This document shows, piece after piece, positions 1-15,236 of a stretch of DNA of 57,094 bases (position 1 is the first letter of the stretch; each line of letters opens with the position of its first letter). A program made the translations under genes and the position numbers. The notes under the pieces were generated by a model. It was not told the DNA's origin. It saw only the letters and a list, made by a program, of their open reading frames with translations, and made no database searches. Source of the stretch: Ancylonema sp. (lineage: Eukaryota); contig JBFLGF010000081.1 of assembly GCA_050230475.1 (NCBI GenBank), positions 1-57,094 of the forward strand. The letters run 5' to 3'.

Positions 1-1304
1 TTCTCCTGGGCAGCTGGGCCAGGAGTGGGGCGCATACCTCCACTGGCACGGGCGGGATGTCGCCAACCGCCCCATCCTGGTGGTCCACCTGGGGAAGGCG
101 GCCTACAACCTGGCCAGGAGTGAACGCGCAGGATTCGTCCAAGCCCTGGGTAAGAGATCCGTAACGGGTCTCTGGTCCCAGACCACTCAGTCCCACCCTG
201 TTCCCCCTCCCCCCCTCGCCAGTCTCCCAAATGGAGCACGGCATCGCTGAGCTGGCAGCCCCCGCCAGCAGCACGTTGCAGGGGAGGGTGACATGTGTCC
301 TCGACTGCGCCGGGTGTGCGCTGTGGTCCCTCCCCCTGCCGCTCCTCAAGGACTGCACCCTCATGCTGCAGACGCACTTTCCGATGCGGTTGGCAGTTAT
401 GCATGTGCTCCACGTACCCGGGCTGCTTCGCACACTCGCGAAGGCGGTTATGCAGGTGGGGGTGGACATGTAGTTGGATACCTCACATGGCGATTCGTTA
501 TAACGAAACATTCATACCCTCTTCCAGCTAGAGCCTTTCAGTGCACCTTGTCACGAATGGTATCACGACCGATCCACACATGCGGTGACACGTGTCGCCC
601 ATCCGTTTGCTCGCCGGTTGCAGGTAGTTGGGTCGCGGACACGCAAGAAAGTGCGCCTGTACGGCGACCAAGAAACCTTTCTCCCTTTCCTCGAGCGGGA
701 CATGGGGGGGCGCTCACACGTGCCGCTGTCCTTGGGGGGGGCTTGCGCTTGTGAGCGCTGTGTGGAAGATGCGGGGGAAGGAGGTGGTGGCACCGCCCAG
801 CTGGCCCCTCCAGCCCCCCCGGACGCGCCGCATAACAGAAGGAACGCGGCTCTGAGAAATCATCCGATCCCAGAATCGAATTCGATTCGAGATTCGAAAC
901 GGATACGGGGTGAAAGTACGGAGGTGGTGAGGGGGGGGGATGGGAGCGATGGGGGGCGAGGGGAGGGTGTCCGAATTGGAAAGATTGGGGTTTTCATGTC
1001 TAGTTGGAATCGGAGAACCCATTGGATGTGGCAAAGTCGGGGGGGGAGGAAAGTGTTGGTGCTAGAGGGGTCGGTGGCCCAGGACGGGGACAGCAACGAG
1101 GAGAGGAGGAGGATTGTGGAGCGGTTGTCGGGAACGAGAGGCGAAAGAAACGGACGGTTTTTGCTCGAGGTGGAAAGGGAAAGTCTGGTGAGCACGGCAA
1201 GGCTGCTCGTGAACGCTCTGCTCATACTGTGGGCGCTTGTCATGTTTTGCTACATCACACAAGCCCCGGTTATGGTTACGGTTGCGGTTACGGAGCAGCC
1301 CTAA
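1..1304 (+). CDS. CRAL-TRIO (Sec14-like) lipid-binding protein with C-terminal hydrophobic anchor; 5' end lies outside the window
   Basis: Exons <2-149, 223-455 and 624-1304 joined by GT-AG introns read WGAYLHWHGRDVANRPILVVHLG...VSQMEHG...VTCVLDCAG...LQTHFPMRLAVMHVLHVP...TRKKVRLYG...VPLSLGGAC, typical of CRAL-TRIO. The C-terminal LLVNALLILWALVMFCYI looks transmembrane. Confidence 0.8.
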
Positions 1305-2322
1305 TCGACAGGCAACGTGAAGCAATAGGACAATGATGGGAGTCGTCACAATCATAGTGGTCTAAACTCAGGGTCCGATTCGGACATGTGTATAGAGGGC
1401 TAGTGGTATACTCCCGGAATATGGTTATTTGGTGTAGTTAGAACCATTCCAGTAGCCTCCAATTCATTGCGCTTCATGGTTGGCATTGTATATAGCAAAA
1501 ATGCATCCATTTGTCATCCGATACAAACAAACGATGAGTGAGTCAATCACGCTGATTGTTGCACCTAAGGAGACTATACATGGAACATATCAGCATCGTC
1601 GACCTCGACGGTAATTCAACTCGCTGTCTGGAGTCCCGACGTGATGTTAGTGGTGTGTTGAGGGCACTCACATGCCAACATACGAATACGGGTGGTAATC
1701 AAATAGTGACTTCCTTTCGTGCCTCCATAATCTTGATGCGTTAGCAAGACAACACTCGATTGGGTCGATGATCCACGTAGGACTCGTGATAACGCAACCA
1801 AATTCTCAGCACTTTGGCTCAACGGCTATTGACGAGGAAGCGACACAAGTGCCTATGCAGATGTCGGTCTGCAATTGCCTTGTGATCCCTCTAAAGCTAA
1901 AGCAAGCCTGAAGGCCAACAACTGTTGGTAGCCATGTACGGAGAAACAATCGTTGTAGACTTTGCAATCTAGAATCAACTAGGCAACGCTTGTGTCTTTG
2001 GTCAAGTCCTGGCAATGAGCATTAGGTCATGCCACATCACATTTCCCATAAAAAAAACTGATTGTATGCTTAACACGTTAAATTACGAGTGGATTGATGC
2101 AAGACCCGGGAGGATGGAAGAAATTATCTGATATTGTCTCACAAAAAGGACGATGGCTCACACAATCACGTCAAGAAAGGCAGGATGTCCTCCTCTACAA
2201 ATGTAGTTGAAGTGGTAATCAGCCTAACTGCGATAGCAATGATGCACGCATTTCTATGCATGTTGAAGATCTCTCAGCGTTCCCCATCTTAATAACATAA
2301 AGGAGTTTACGATATATTTAAA

Positions 2323-2443
2323 TATATATATCTATATATCTATCTATCTATCTATCTATCTATATCTATATCTTTATATCTATATCTTTCTATCTATACC
2401 TTTATATCTATATCTTTATATCTATATATCTATGTATCTATAT
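2323..2443. repeat. TA/TATC/TATATC microsatellite
   Basis: Run of tatatatc/tatctatc units. Confidence 0.9.
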
Positions 2444-2708
2444 GGTCTATATGGAGCTGTGCACTACTTCACCCACTTCCTCCTAAAAAATAGCTTGTGG
2501 GGGCACAAAACCAGAAAAATATTTCTGCACTTTCAAATAAAGCTCTAAAGCTCTTTTTTTTCTTTAAAATAGGAATGAAAAATTAATCTCAAAATTTGGA
2601 AATCACGTTCTCATGAACGTGAACGTGAAGGGCGGATAGGACTCAGTAACCGCCACTCGGGCGAGGGAGTATGATGGCCACTGAACCAATCCGAGACAGC
2701 CAAATCAT

Positions 2709-6702
<3,994 letters not shown>

Positions 6703-7264
6703 AATGGCGGGAAAATAAGAAAATATAAATTGGGCTCTTTATAACGGGAGTTTCTGCAAGGTCAGGCTTCGGGTTCCGCGTCGGTCGGAGTAACCGACAG
6801 TCAAATCGGGGCTGACGAAGCAGCTGCAGACGAAAGCGCGACGTGGCCGTATGCGGAAACCCGATGAATCCTTCAGAACGGCGTTGCCCGCTTCACCGAT
6901 TTGAAAACCTGATATTGGTTGGAAGCGCTGCCAACCCAATCATGTCTACCTTTGGCACGGTTTTTGACAAACTGGTCAGCTCTGAATTTGTGTTGACGTG
7001 AAGCCAGCTAGACAATCCAGAAAATCAAGAAAACCATGGCAAAATTTGGCAGATGCATGATTTCTGAAAATATACTACTTGGTAGACCGCTTCACCACCG
7101 GAGCACGCGCATTGTAGAATCACCGGTCTCCTACGTTGCACGCGCACCATAGAATCCCCGGCCTCTCCATGAGTTGTTGCCCTCGGATCAAGATGTCATG
7201 AAATGTAACATCTGTACGAACCATCACGTTAGCACAGAGAGGGTCGAAGATTAGACAGCCTACT

Positions 7265-8712
7265 TGCTTTTGTGCCATCCCTAGAAACACTTAGGACACC
7301 ATAGGATCCCCATGATGCATTCCGTGTCAAGTAAGAAAAAATTTCCCAAAATGACGAGTGTTGATGATGGTGAGGTAACTTCATGCGAACTATGCGTCGC
7401 TTCCAAATTAAGTTAGAGTCCACACAAAACTGTGGGTGAAAGTACAATTGAATGTACTCACAAAATGGATCGCATTCATTTGGATTTGGTGGGTCCGATC
7501 TCACCTGTTTCCCACCATGGGGTTTTACGAAATGCTTAGTCATGCAAAGAAGGTGTGCACCAGACTTTCTCTTGTAAGTCTACTCATAAAAAAATATGAA
7601 GCATTGACAGTGTCTGGTAGGAGGCTAGAGTCGTTGAGAACTGATAATGGGGGGGAGTATGACGGTGAGAAATGGAGGGTTTTTTTACCAAACCCTGGTC
7701 AAGAATTCAACCATCAACTCAGTGCCCCATACCCCCCAACAAAAAGATATGTGTGAAAGATTGAACATAACAGTGTTAGAGAAATTGCGTATGTCAAATA
7801 GCCAAAGCCCACCCCCTAAGGGCAACATCGTTAGAGGCATGAGGAAGCACATGATTGGACATCATCATCAAACCATTCTGCATTGTATTCACATCCGACC
7901 ATATCTCCCTCTCCCCTTGTTGAGTTTGGCACCCCATTCTTATCGAGAGAAAATTCCACGCCACCCCTTTTGTTTATACGGCCGAGGTTGATCATATGTT
8001 GACCCAATTTCGGCACATGTAGGGCGTGGATCTTGTTAATCGTAGACTCCGTCCCTTGGTGAAGACAGAAAACGACCATCTTTTGCCCCTTAATCTCATG
8101 AAGCTTGTTATCGGCGATGAAGATTTCAAAGGATGATAGAGGGATGTCGAAGTAGTAAGCCTCAAATGCAGCTCGATTTGGGACAATATGCTCACTCGCC
8201 CTTGAATCCAAAACGAGAGAGACCTTGATGTTAGCAACTAAGAAAGTACTCGATTCAGTCATGACAGTGTCCTTCGCAAATAAAGTTGGGTCAATAGTGG
8301 GTTCATATGCTGCCGAGGTAGCCCTCGCTCTATCCCCCCTCATTTTGATTGTATACTTATCAATGACATGACCCGTCATCGCACAATGCAAGCAAAATCT
8401 TAACTCCTCCACCATTCTTGCTAATTTTAATTCCTCCACCCCTGAAATCACCCCCTCCCCCAGATTTGCGTAGATTTTTATAATAGCAAATCTTCCTACA
8501 ATTGTGGCATTTGGGTTTGGATCCTTTAATTTGTGGTCAGGTTCTCTGCACATGTCCGGATTTTTGGAAAATGTGAAAAGTTTGTTCATCCCTCCCCCCA
8601 CCACCCCCACTCGGTGAGTAAGGTCTGCCACTTGGGCCAAATCCGCCATAGTTTGCCGAACACATTCAACAAATCGGCACAAATGCGATAAGATAGCAAA
8701 TGCAGAATGCAA
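7265..8712. mobile_element. Decayed Ty1/copia LTR-retrotransposon fragments: gag/protease on -, integrase on +
   Basis: Minus ORF 7831-8712 has a zinc-knuckle relic (CLHCAMTGHVIDK), a protease-like LVLDSRASEHI and ALHVPKLGQHMINLG. Plus strand ~7265-7790 has pre-integrase/integrase relics LGHH..., CELCVASK, RIHLDLVGPI, LRTDNGGEY, PHTPQQKDMCERLN, with frameshifts and stops. Confidence 0.85.
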
Positions 8713-9507
8713 TATGTTCCCTCAAGACACTCTGACCGAATGAGGCTCGAGTGCAAAGATTACACATCGTATGGTTCTCAGCTGCAAAGAATATGGAAAA
8801 CTGTCGACCAGCGTACAAACATCTTCATTCCTAGCCAAATATTTGGTAACGATGTTATGCGCATGCGTTATACAGCTGGCTACAATCTATGGCTGCCAAT
8901 GAGCTCTTGCTGCCTGACATCTAAGTAATCGACCTCTGTTTTACAGTCAGGTGTACATCTGACAACACGACGTGGGTGCTGAATTCAATCGTTATCTAAA
9001 ACATCCTACAAGCTCCCACTGGCACCATTGGCCTTACCACATAGCAACTTTCCTCTATTAACGATTGCCAGTTATGCGCAAGTGGTGCCACGGGCACCGA
9101 CCAATGCCCCTAGCGTGTCTTCTGGACATGGCACCGAGTTGGGAGGGGCAATCATGACTTTCCCATATTACAACAAATAAACCGTTCTATTCCCGACACG
9201 AAAAATACCTCGATAAACACTTGCACCCACACATGTGTTAAACTACCATACAGGCACATGATCGTATATTGTCCGACATAAACACCGCACATACACCCGC
9301 GCATGCGTCAAACCAACGTAAAGGCACACAATCGTATTATGGTCTCACAATGGTCTTCCCCGTCTTCTTCCAATGTCTCTCTTCGCCTATGAAACTCCAT
9401 ATTTGCGAATTTTGATGTTCGCATATTGACAACAAGCTTTCCACGCAAACCTTCCACACGCCACCATGTACACCTTGGCTTTTAAAAATTAAAGGTCGTT
9501 GCTGCTC

Positions 9508-11197
9508 TCACCAATCCGGCCATCCGGGCACGCCCTTGATCATGGGTCTCCTCAACCTCAAGTCCTCCATCTCCCCCCTCCCCCTTCTACCCATCAACCG
9601 CCTCCTTCCACTTCCAACTCCATCATCATTCGCCGGACCCACCTCCCCACCCTCCAAATTTTTCCTTATTCCATCCTCTCCCGGCCCGGTCCCCCCACTC
9701 TTCCCGGACCCCAGCTCTTCATACAGCGGGTTGGCCTTGTCGTCCGCAGCGATGCCCAATTCCTTGCCTCTCCTCCACGGGTCGTTCTCCCAGTTCCACG
9801 ACCGGTAGTAGCGCTGCACGTGCCTCGTGAGCTTGGACTCGAGGGGATCCAGCGGCATGTCCCACGTGTTCATGTGCTCGCGAAGCGCGCAGTCAGGCAG
9901 GGTGGCGTTGTCCATCTTCCGCCAGTAGCACCCCTCCAGAGTGAAGTCCTTGAAGCGGGCGTGCCAGGGCTGGAAGGACCAGTCCACCTGCAGCTTGCCG
10001 CCCTGGGTGCACCAATCGGAGGCTTCCCACAGGCTGCTGAGCAGGAAGAGGGGCAGGCTGGGGAACACCCTGGCAGGGTTGTGGGCCTTCACCTCCCGGA
10101 TAGCAATCTTGTCCACATACCAACTGGAAGGGGAAAGTGGATCAGCACCTCCACCCCCACATTCACGGACTACGCGTACAACAACAGTCGACCCTCTTGA
10201 TAGTGGGTAGTGGAGCAGCGCCAGGCACGAACTCACATGACGTGTTCGTAGTTCACCAGGAAGCCGTACTCGTGGTAGTCAGCGGTGGGGTCGAACCAGA
10301 AGTCGTAGCGCTCCTCGTGGTTCCCCACGCCCGCAGCATACCAGTTGGTTTGCATGTTCATGCCGTAGCTCGTGTCATTGCCCAGGAGCTCGAAGTCAAT
10401 CTCATCGTGGAGGTCCAGCCCCAGCGCATTCCAGGTGGGGTCCCATTCCGAGGTGAGCTGATTGCAAGAGGGGGACGTGCGCAGGGGTGGGGGTCACATA
10501 GGTTGCGAGCACAGAACCCCGGTGACAACCTAAATCGAAGCGACATTTGCGCGACGCGTGTCGGACTACAAATGGGACACAAGGGGACGCCTACTCCACC
10601 ATTGTGCTGTCGCGAGGTTGTGGAGGGAAAGAAGGTATCCCTGCTGCCATTACATTTCCCTCTACTGCGTATCTGACAGAGCATATTATTTTGTGCTTGA
10701 AGATTGGCCACAAGGCTGGAGCCGTTGCTCACATAAAAAGCCGTGACAATCCCTGCTGCGTATCCCGCTGGAGCCTTAATTTTTGCGCCGTAGTACCCGT
10801 GGAAGAAGGGCTGCCGGGAAGCAAATCCTGATCCTGCATCGGCGGCATAGGAGGATAGGCAGCTGTAGATATGCCCCCAACTTCGAGGTTCATTGGCACG
10901 GATATGTCAGCATCGCAGCGATGTTCCTGCACAAGGCTGATGTCTTTATTCTGCAGGAGTGTACTTGTCTCTTCCCTAACTTCAGTGTGTATTAGGACAC
11001 TGACCAGTGTTTCTATCCAGGTGGAGAACGAGGGCGCCATCGGCTCCAGTCCTCACCCGCTCCTTTGCCCAGGTGACAGAGAAATGGGTGTCGAAGTCTT
11101 CATTTGGGATAACTCGGACGCCCGAGCAATTGGTAAACAGCATAAAATAAAAAAACATACAGACAGTGCCGCCTGATCGCGCATTTTCGAACCCCAT
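9508..11197 (-). CDS. XTH: Xyloglucan endotransglucosylase/hydrolase (GH16 plus XET C-terminal domain), secreted
   Basis: Four exons: 11197-11005, 10833-10733 (101 bp), 10457-10237, 10123-9508. Hydrophobic N-terminus, GSGFASRQPFFHGYYGAKIKAPAGYAAGIVTAFY, catalytic HDEIDFELLGN, ERYDFWFDPTADYHEY, WYVD, SLWEASDWCTQGGKLQVDW, and C-terminal cysteines plus DPWR. The start codon is uncertain (later Mets near 11158). Confidence 0.92.
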
Positions 11198-11289
11198 GCC
11201 GGCTGTCTCTGTTAAATGTGTGTGCTCACTGTGTCGTCTGTGCATGCTCACTGTGTCGTCTGTGCATGCTCACTGTGCTAGTACATCAT

Positions 11290-11555
11290 TCCCCGCAGTC
11301 CAGAACGGGTTTTCTGCCACTAACATGCCGGTTTTGTCGGGTGCGAAACCGTGATGACAATCCCAACAGCATAATATTGTCGGGTTTAAATCACGGTTAA
11401 ATTGTACGGGTCAATTTCCTCAATTTGGTCATGCCGGCCCGGCTGGCAGTCCGCCAATCCGGTCGAAAAAAATGACCGAACCATCCCGATTCGGTTTGAA
11501 CACGGTTTCGCGCCCGACAAAGCCGGCATGTTCGTGGCAAACTTGCAAATCGGGG
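11290..11555. mobile_element. Candidate MITE or inverted-repeat element in the XTH/KTI12 divergent promoter
   Basis: 11315-11353 tgccactaacatgccggttttgtcgggtgcgaaaccgtg is the reverse complement of 11501-11539 cacggtttcgcgcccgacaaagccggcatgttcgtggca with 3 mismatches. Outer tccccg...cgggga also pair. Confidence 0.5.
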
Positions 11556-11868
11556 ACGAGGGAGGAATAGAGCGTCAGTCAGCCACACTTCAAACTTAAA
11601 ACTGCGGCAGGTTTCCTGTACTCACTGCAGTAATGGTCAGTCGATATTCCGTTACAAGCTCGTTGTGCAGTCTGCTCGCGCCTGACATCACAAAATTCCA
11701 TCACTGCCTTCACTGCCATCACTGCCACCACTGCCACTTCACTTGCACGCCTCATCTTAATCCGTGGGCAGCAACTTTTGGAGAGGAAAGCAGTTAGAAA
11801 CTTCAGTCTGTAGATGGAGGAGGCAAGAAACTGTTTTTTTTAATAATCTCACATGGTCTGCAGAAAGC

Positions 11869-14800
11869 ATGGCCCTCGCATTACTCTGTGGCCACCCTTG
11901 CAGTGGAAAGACAAGTCTGTCGCAGCAGTTACAGGCAGCTCTCGTCGTTGCGCTGCAGGAAAGGGGCAGTGCCCTCACTGTGCAGGTCATTGAAGAAGCC
12001 ACTTTCATTGAAAGCAGAGCGAGCAGCTACAAAGGTACCTCGCCACAGCCTTTGTTTGCGACAGAGTCTGAAGCCTTCCCTTCGTGATTTGACATCGAAT
12101 TTTAATACGAGGTACGAAGTGGGAGCATATCTATTTTTCTTTGTTTCTTTTACGGTTTTAATCTGACACAAACTGCCGAAGTCTGGCAAAGGCAAATTTT
12201 CGGCAAAAGTTATATTCTCAAACATTCCAACACTCCAAAAAAAGAACCTCAAGTGTGTGCGACGTACAGCACACAACTGTATTATGACGGTGGACGTAAC
12301 ATTTCGAAAGCGGAAGAATGTTAGCACTGCTGGCTTTACCCAAGTATGCGACACAGACATAGACATAGAAGCAGACATATATGTACATCAGTACTTAAGC
12401 ATACGGGTCCACGTGTGCTTGTAGCCTATACATCTTCTACTCCACCACCTGGTGCCACACACATGTTGTTTTTCATTCATTTTGTTCGACCATCCATGGC
12501 TTCTTCCATCATTCCTTCTCCGTAATCCATTTTCGTAGTTGCTCCTCCCTTCCTCGTAAATTCTCTGGAACCTTCCTCGAATCTTCCTGCCACCAGACAC
12601 ACTGAGTGAGAAGAATCTTCGGGGAGTGCTGCGATCGGCGGTGGATCGTGGCGTCAGGAAAGACAGAATAGTGATCGTCGATTCTCTGAATAGCATCAAG
12701 GTCAGTTCCTGTATGCCAATGGAGGCCACCGGACTCCTCACTTGAGACCACAACGTCTCGCAACGCCTCACAACGTCTCAGGGGTAATCAATTTGAGGGC
12801 ATTTCTTGTGAATTGTGTTCCCTGCAGGTCGACCGAAAGAGGTAACAAACATAACATTGAAAAAAAAAAAAAAAAATCATTAGAAAAAAAAAAAAATGTC
12901 GACAGTCCGCAAATCTGGCATCAAATCACAGCAATCTTTACATTCTTGTTGGAGGAAGAGGAGAAAGCCTAATATTGACTCCTTATTTTAATTATCAGCC
13001 CAGATATTAAGTTGAACACCAGAGGGGAAACCAATACAAAAATACAACTACCAATTCAAAAAGCAACATGAACACCAAAACAAGGACCAAAATCCAAATC
13101 CCATTTCCAATTCAAACTCAACACCACGCAAAGCATGCGAATCGTCTCTCATCTTCTTGCGGATTGTGTACATGTGAACATGATTTTTCCATGTTCTTCA
13201 GGGCTACCGATACGAGTTATGGTGTCTGGCCCGGGCTGCCGGAGTGAAGTACTGCCTCGTGCGTTCCCATCCCCCCTCCAACAAACTGGGAGTCCAAACA
13301 CACTGGGAGTGAATGAATGATGGCAGGTCTAAGATTCAGGCTACAGTCACCACGGATGTACGGAATGAACGGATGACGTGCGGATCACAGAGCCCCAGAG
13401 CTCCTCAGCAGGCGTTGTGGAAAAGGCTTCCAGATTTTTGTAGATTTTGAATTTGTTTTCGGAGAGATGAGCGAGTCCTGCAGACCGAAGAAGGCCCGCC
13501 TTGTCATCCCCACTGAATGACTCTGGGCTCACCTTAACATTCAAAGAGTCTGGTCAAATCTGATTGGTTGGCAGTCGAATGGGCGTGATGCATACGTAAA
13601 GGTGGGAGACTAAGCTTATCAGCATCAGTAAAGTTTTTTTTTTAAGGGTTTTTCCCCGGTTTTAGGGTTTTCCTCCAAAATCAGAGACTCGCTACCAAAC
13701 CCCTTTTTGACGCCAGCTGTGGCTGCATGCCTGCATGCCTGCAGGTACACTGCGATGTCAGCGCTGAGTCAGCACAGCTGTGGAACCGCAAGCGAGCCGA
13801 AGCAGGCGATGACTCGTACCCAAACCACGTGTAAGAACCCCTCCCAGAACCTTCCGGGTACCTTCCCTTCCACCCCTGCCCCCCGCGCTGATGTGGCGGC
13901 CTGTCTGCTGACGTGGCAGGTTGGCAGTCCTGGTTGGGCGGTTCGAGGGCCCTTTGAAGCACAACCGTTGGGACTCCCCCCTGGTGGAAGTCCGCGTAGA
14001 CAAAGGTCGTCCTGAACCCTAAACCCTGAATCCTGACCTCATTCCGCCCTAGCGCACGTCTTCACTCTTGTTCGCCGACTGCGTCCCTGTTTCCCAAAAC
14101 CCTCATCCTGAACCCCACACTGGCACCAGTGGCGGGGGGGATGTCACCCACCTTTGTCTTTCCCGCATACCATGCCCCCAGCCTCGGATGGGTTAAGGGA
14201 CCCCCCCTCTGACTCCATATCCATCCCTGTTGCCGCAGGCGGGGCTGAGGTCGTGGCCGAGAGTGTGAAAGCGGTTATCACTTTGCTTTTGGCGGAGAAT
14301 GCTCCCGGGAGCCGGGGCCCTCGCCAGCTGCAGCCCAGCATGGCCACTCAAAACGTACGGTGCGGGTACCCGGTTGATGCACCCCACCGTCAACCGGGTG
14401 GAGGGTATGCTGCAGAGGGGATGCAGGTGGGGGTGTCTGAGGGGGGAGGGTTGGGGGTTGGGGGGGTGGCAGGTGCGAGCGGGGGAGAGCAACCAGCTGT
14501 ACGACTTGGATTGTGCCACGCAGGTGCCCCTTCTGCCACTTCTGCCACTTCTGCCGTATTCGGTCAAGACGTATTTTTGCGGGGTGCCCTGTTGTGCCTT
14601 ACACACAAGAGGGGCATGAGTGAGAGTGGCAATGAGAATGATGGTATGACGCGAATCGCGAATCGCAAACAATGGCGACGACATCAATGCGCATACCGCT
14701 ATGGACGACGTGTCGCTTTTCCATTGGCGCAGGAGGTGGTGAGTGCATTGGTGGAAGCTCAGTCCGAAGCAGGGGGGGCGACAGGGGGGGCTGTCTGCGT

Positions 14801-15142
14801 CACCAACGACCTCCCTCCCATATCCTTCTCACGCCTTACCTCTTTTTTTTCTCTCTCACGGCTGTTGATTCTTTCAGTGTGGCCAAACACGGTAGAGGCT
14901 CGCGACTTCGATGATTCCCCAGAAAAAGAAAAGCAAAATCTTAACTCGTTTTTTTGTTGGGACTTGTTCACATTCATTTGGATCGACTCGTTGGGCTACC
15001 CGAGCTTCGGCGACACAAACGAACATTCATGAAGCTTGCAACACAAGCTTCGTTGTCGGGCTCCGCACTCCACCCGGACAAAACGTCCGTAAAAAGAATG
15101 TTTTGCGACTACTTGAGAAGGGAGTTGGCGCTTCCGCAATGA
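11869..15142 (+). CDS. KTI12: KTI12/DRL1 Elongator-associated P-loop protein
   Basis: Nine exons: 11869-12034, 12597-12700, 13202-13258, 13745-13830, 13920-14005, 14239-14354, 14473-14523, 14733-14819, 14972-15142. Motifs CGHPCSGKT (P-loop), EKNLRGVLRSAVDR, VIVDSLNSIKGYRYELWCLARA, RFEGP..HNRWDSPL, LQPSMATQ, LYDLDCATQEVV, VGLPELRRHKRTFMKL. The last intron is AT-AC. Confidence 0.94.
14820..14971 (+). other. U12-type (minor spliceosome) AT-AC intron in KTI12
   Basis: Donor ATATCCTT at 14820, branch-site-like TCTTAAC at 14939-14945, acceptor CAC ending at 14971. Removal joins NDLPP to IHLDRLVGLPELRR in frame. Confidence 0.85.
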
Positions 15143-15236
15143 TCGCCCGCACTTCGGACATGATTGCTTGTACTTCCGCAATGATTGCACGCATTTCCGC
15201 CGCGATTGCACGCATTTTCGCAATGATTGTGTGTAC
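15132..15236. repeat. 21-bp degenerate tandem repeat, 5 units, across the KTI12 stop codon
   Basis: Units resemble ttccgcaatgattgcacgcat. Confidence 0.8.

Noticed and set aside
1345..2300. Short ORFs downstream of the CRAL-TRIO gene
   Set aside because: No recognisable motifs or consistent splice pattern; probably UTR and decayed repeat.
7083..7170. Tandem ~35-bp duplication (cacgcgca..tagaatc.ccgg.ctc)
   Set aside because: Only two degenerate copies beside a copia relic; no evidence of function.
9499..10676. Long plus-strand ORFs of 233 and 179 aa
   Set aside because: Antisense shadows of GC3-rich XTH exons.
13305..13530. C/D-like boxes in KTI12 intron 3
   Set aside because: Imperfect box C, span over 200 nt, no recognisable guide.
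13641..14030. Telomere-like TTTAGGG/AAACCCT motifs in KTI12 introns
   Set aside because: Only one or two units each; too short to call an interstitial telomere.
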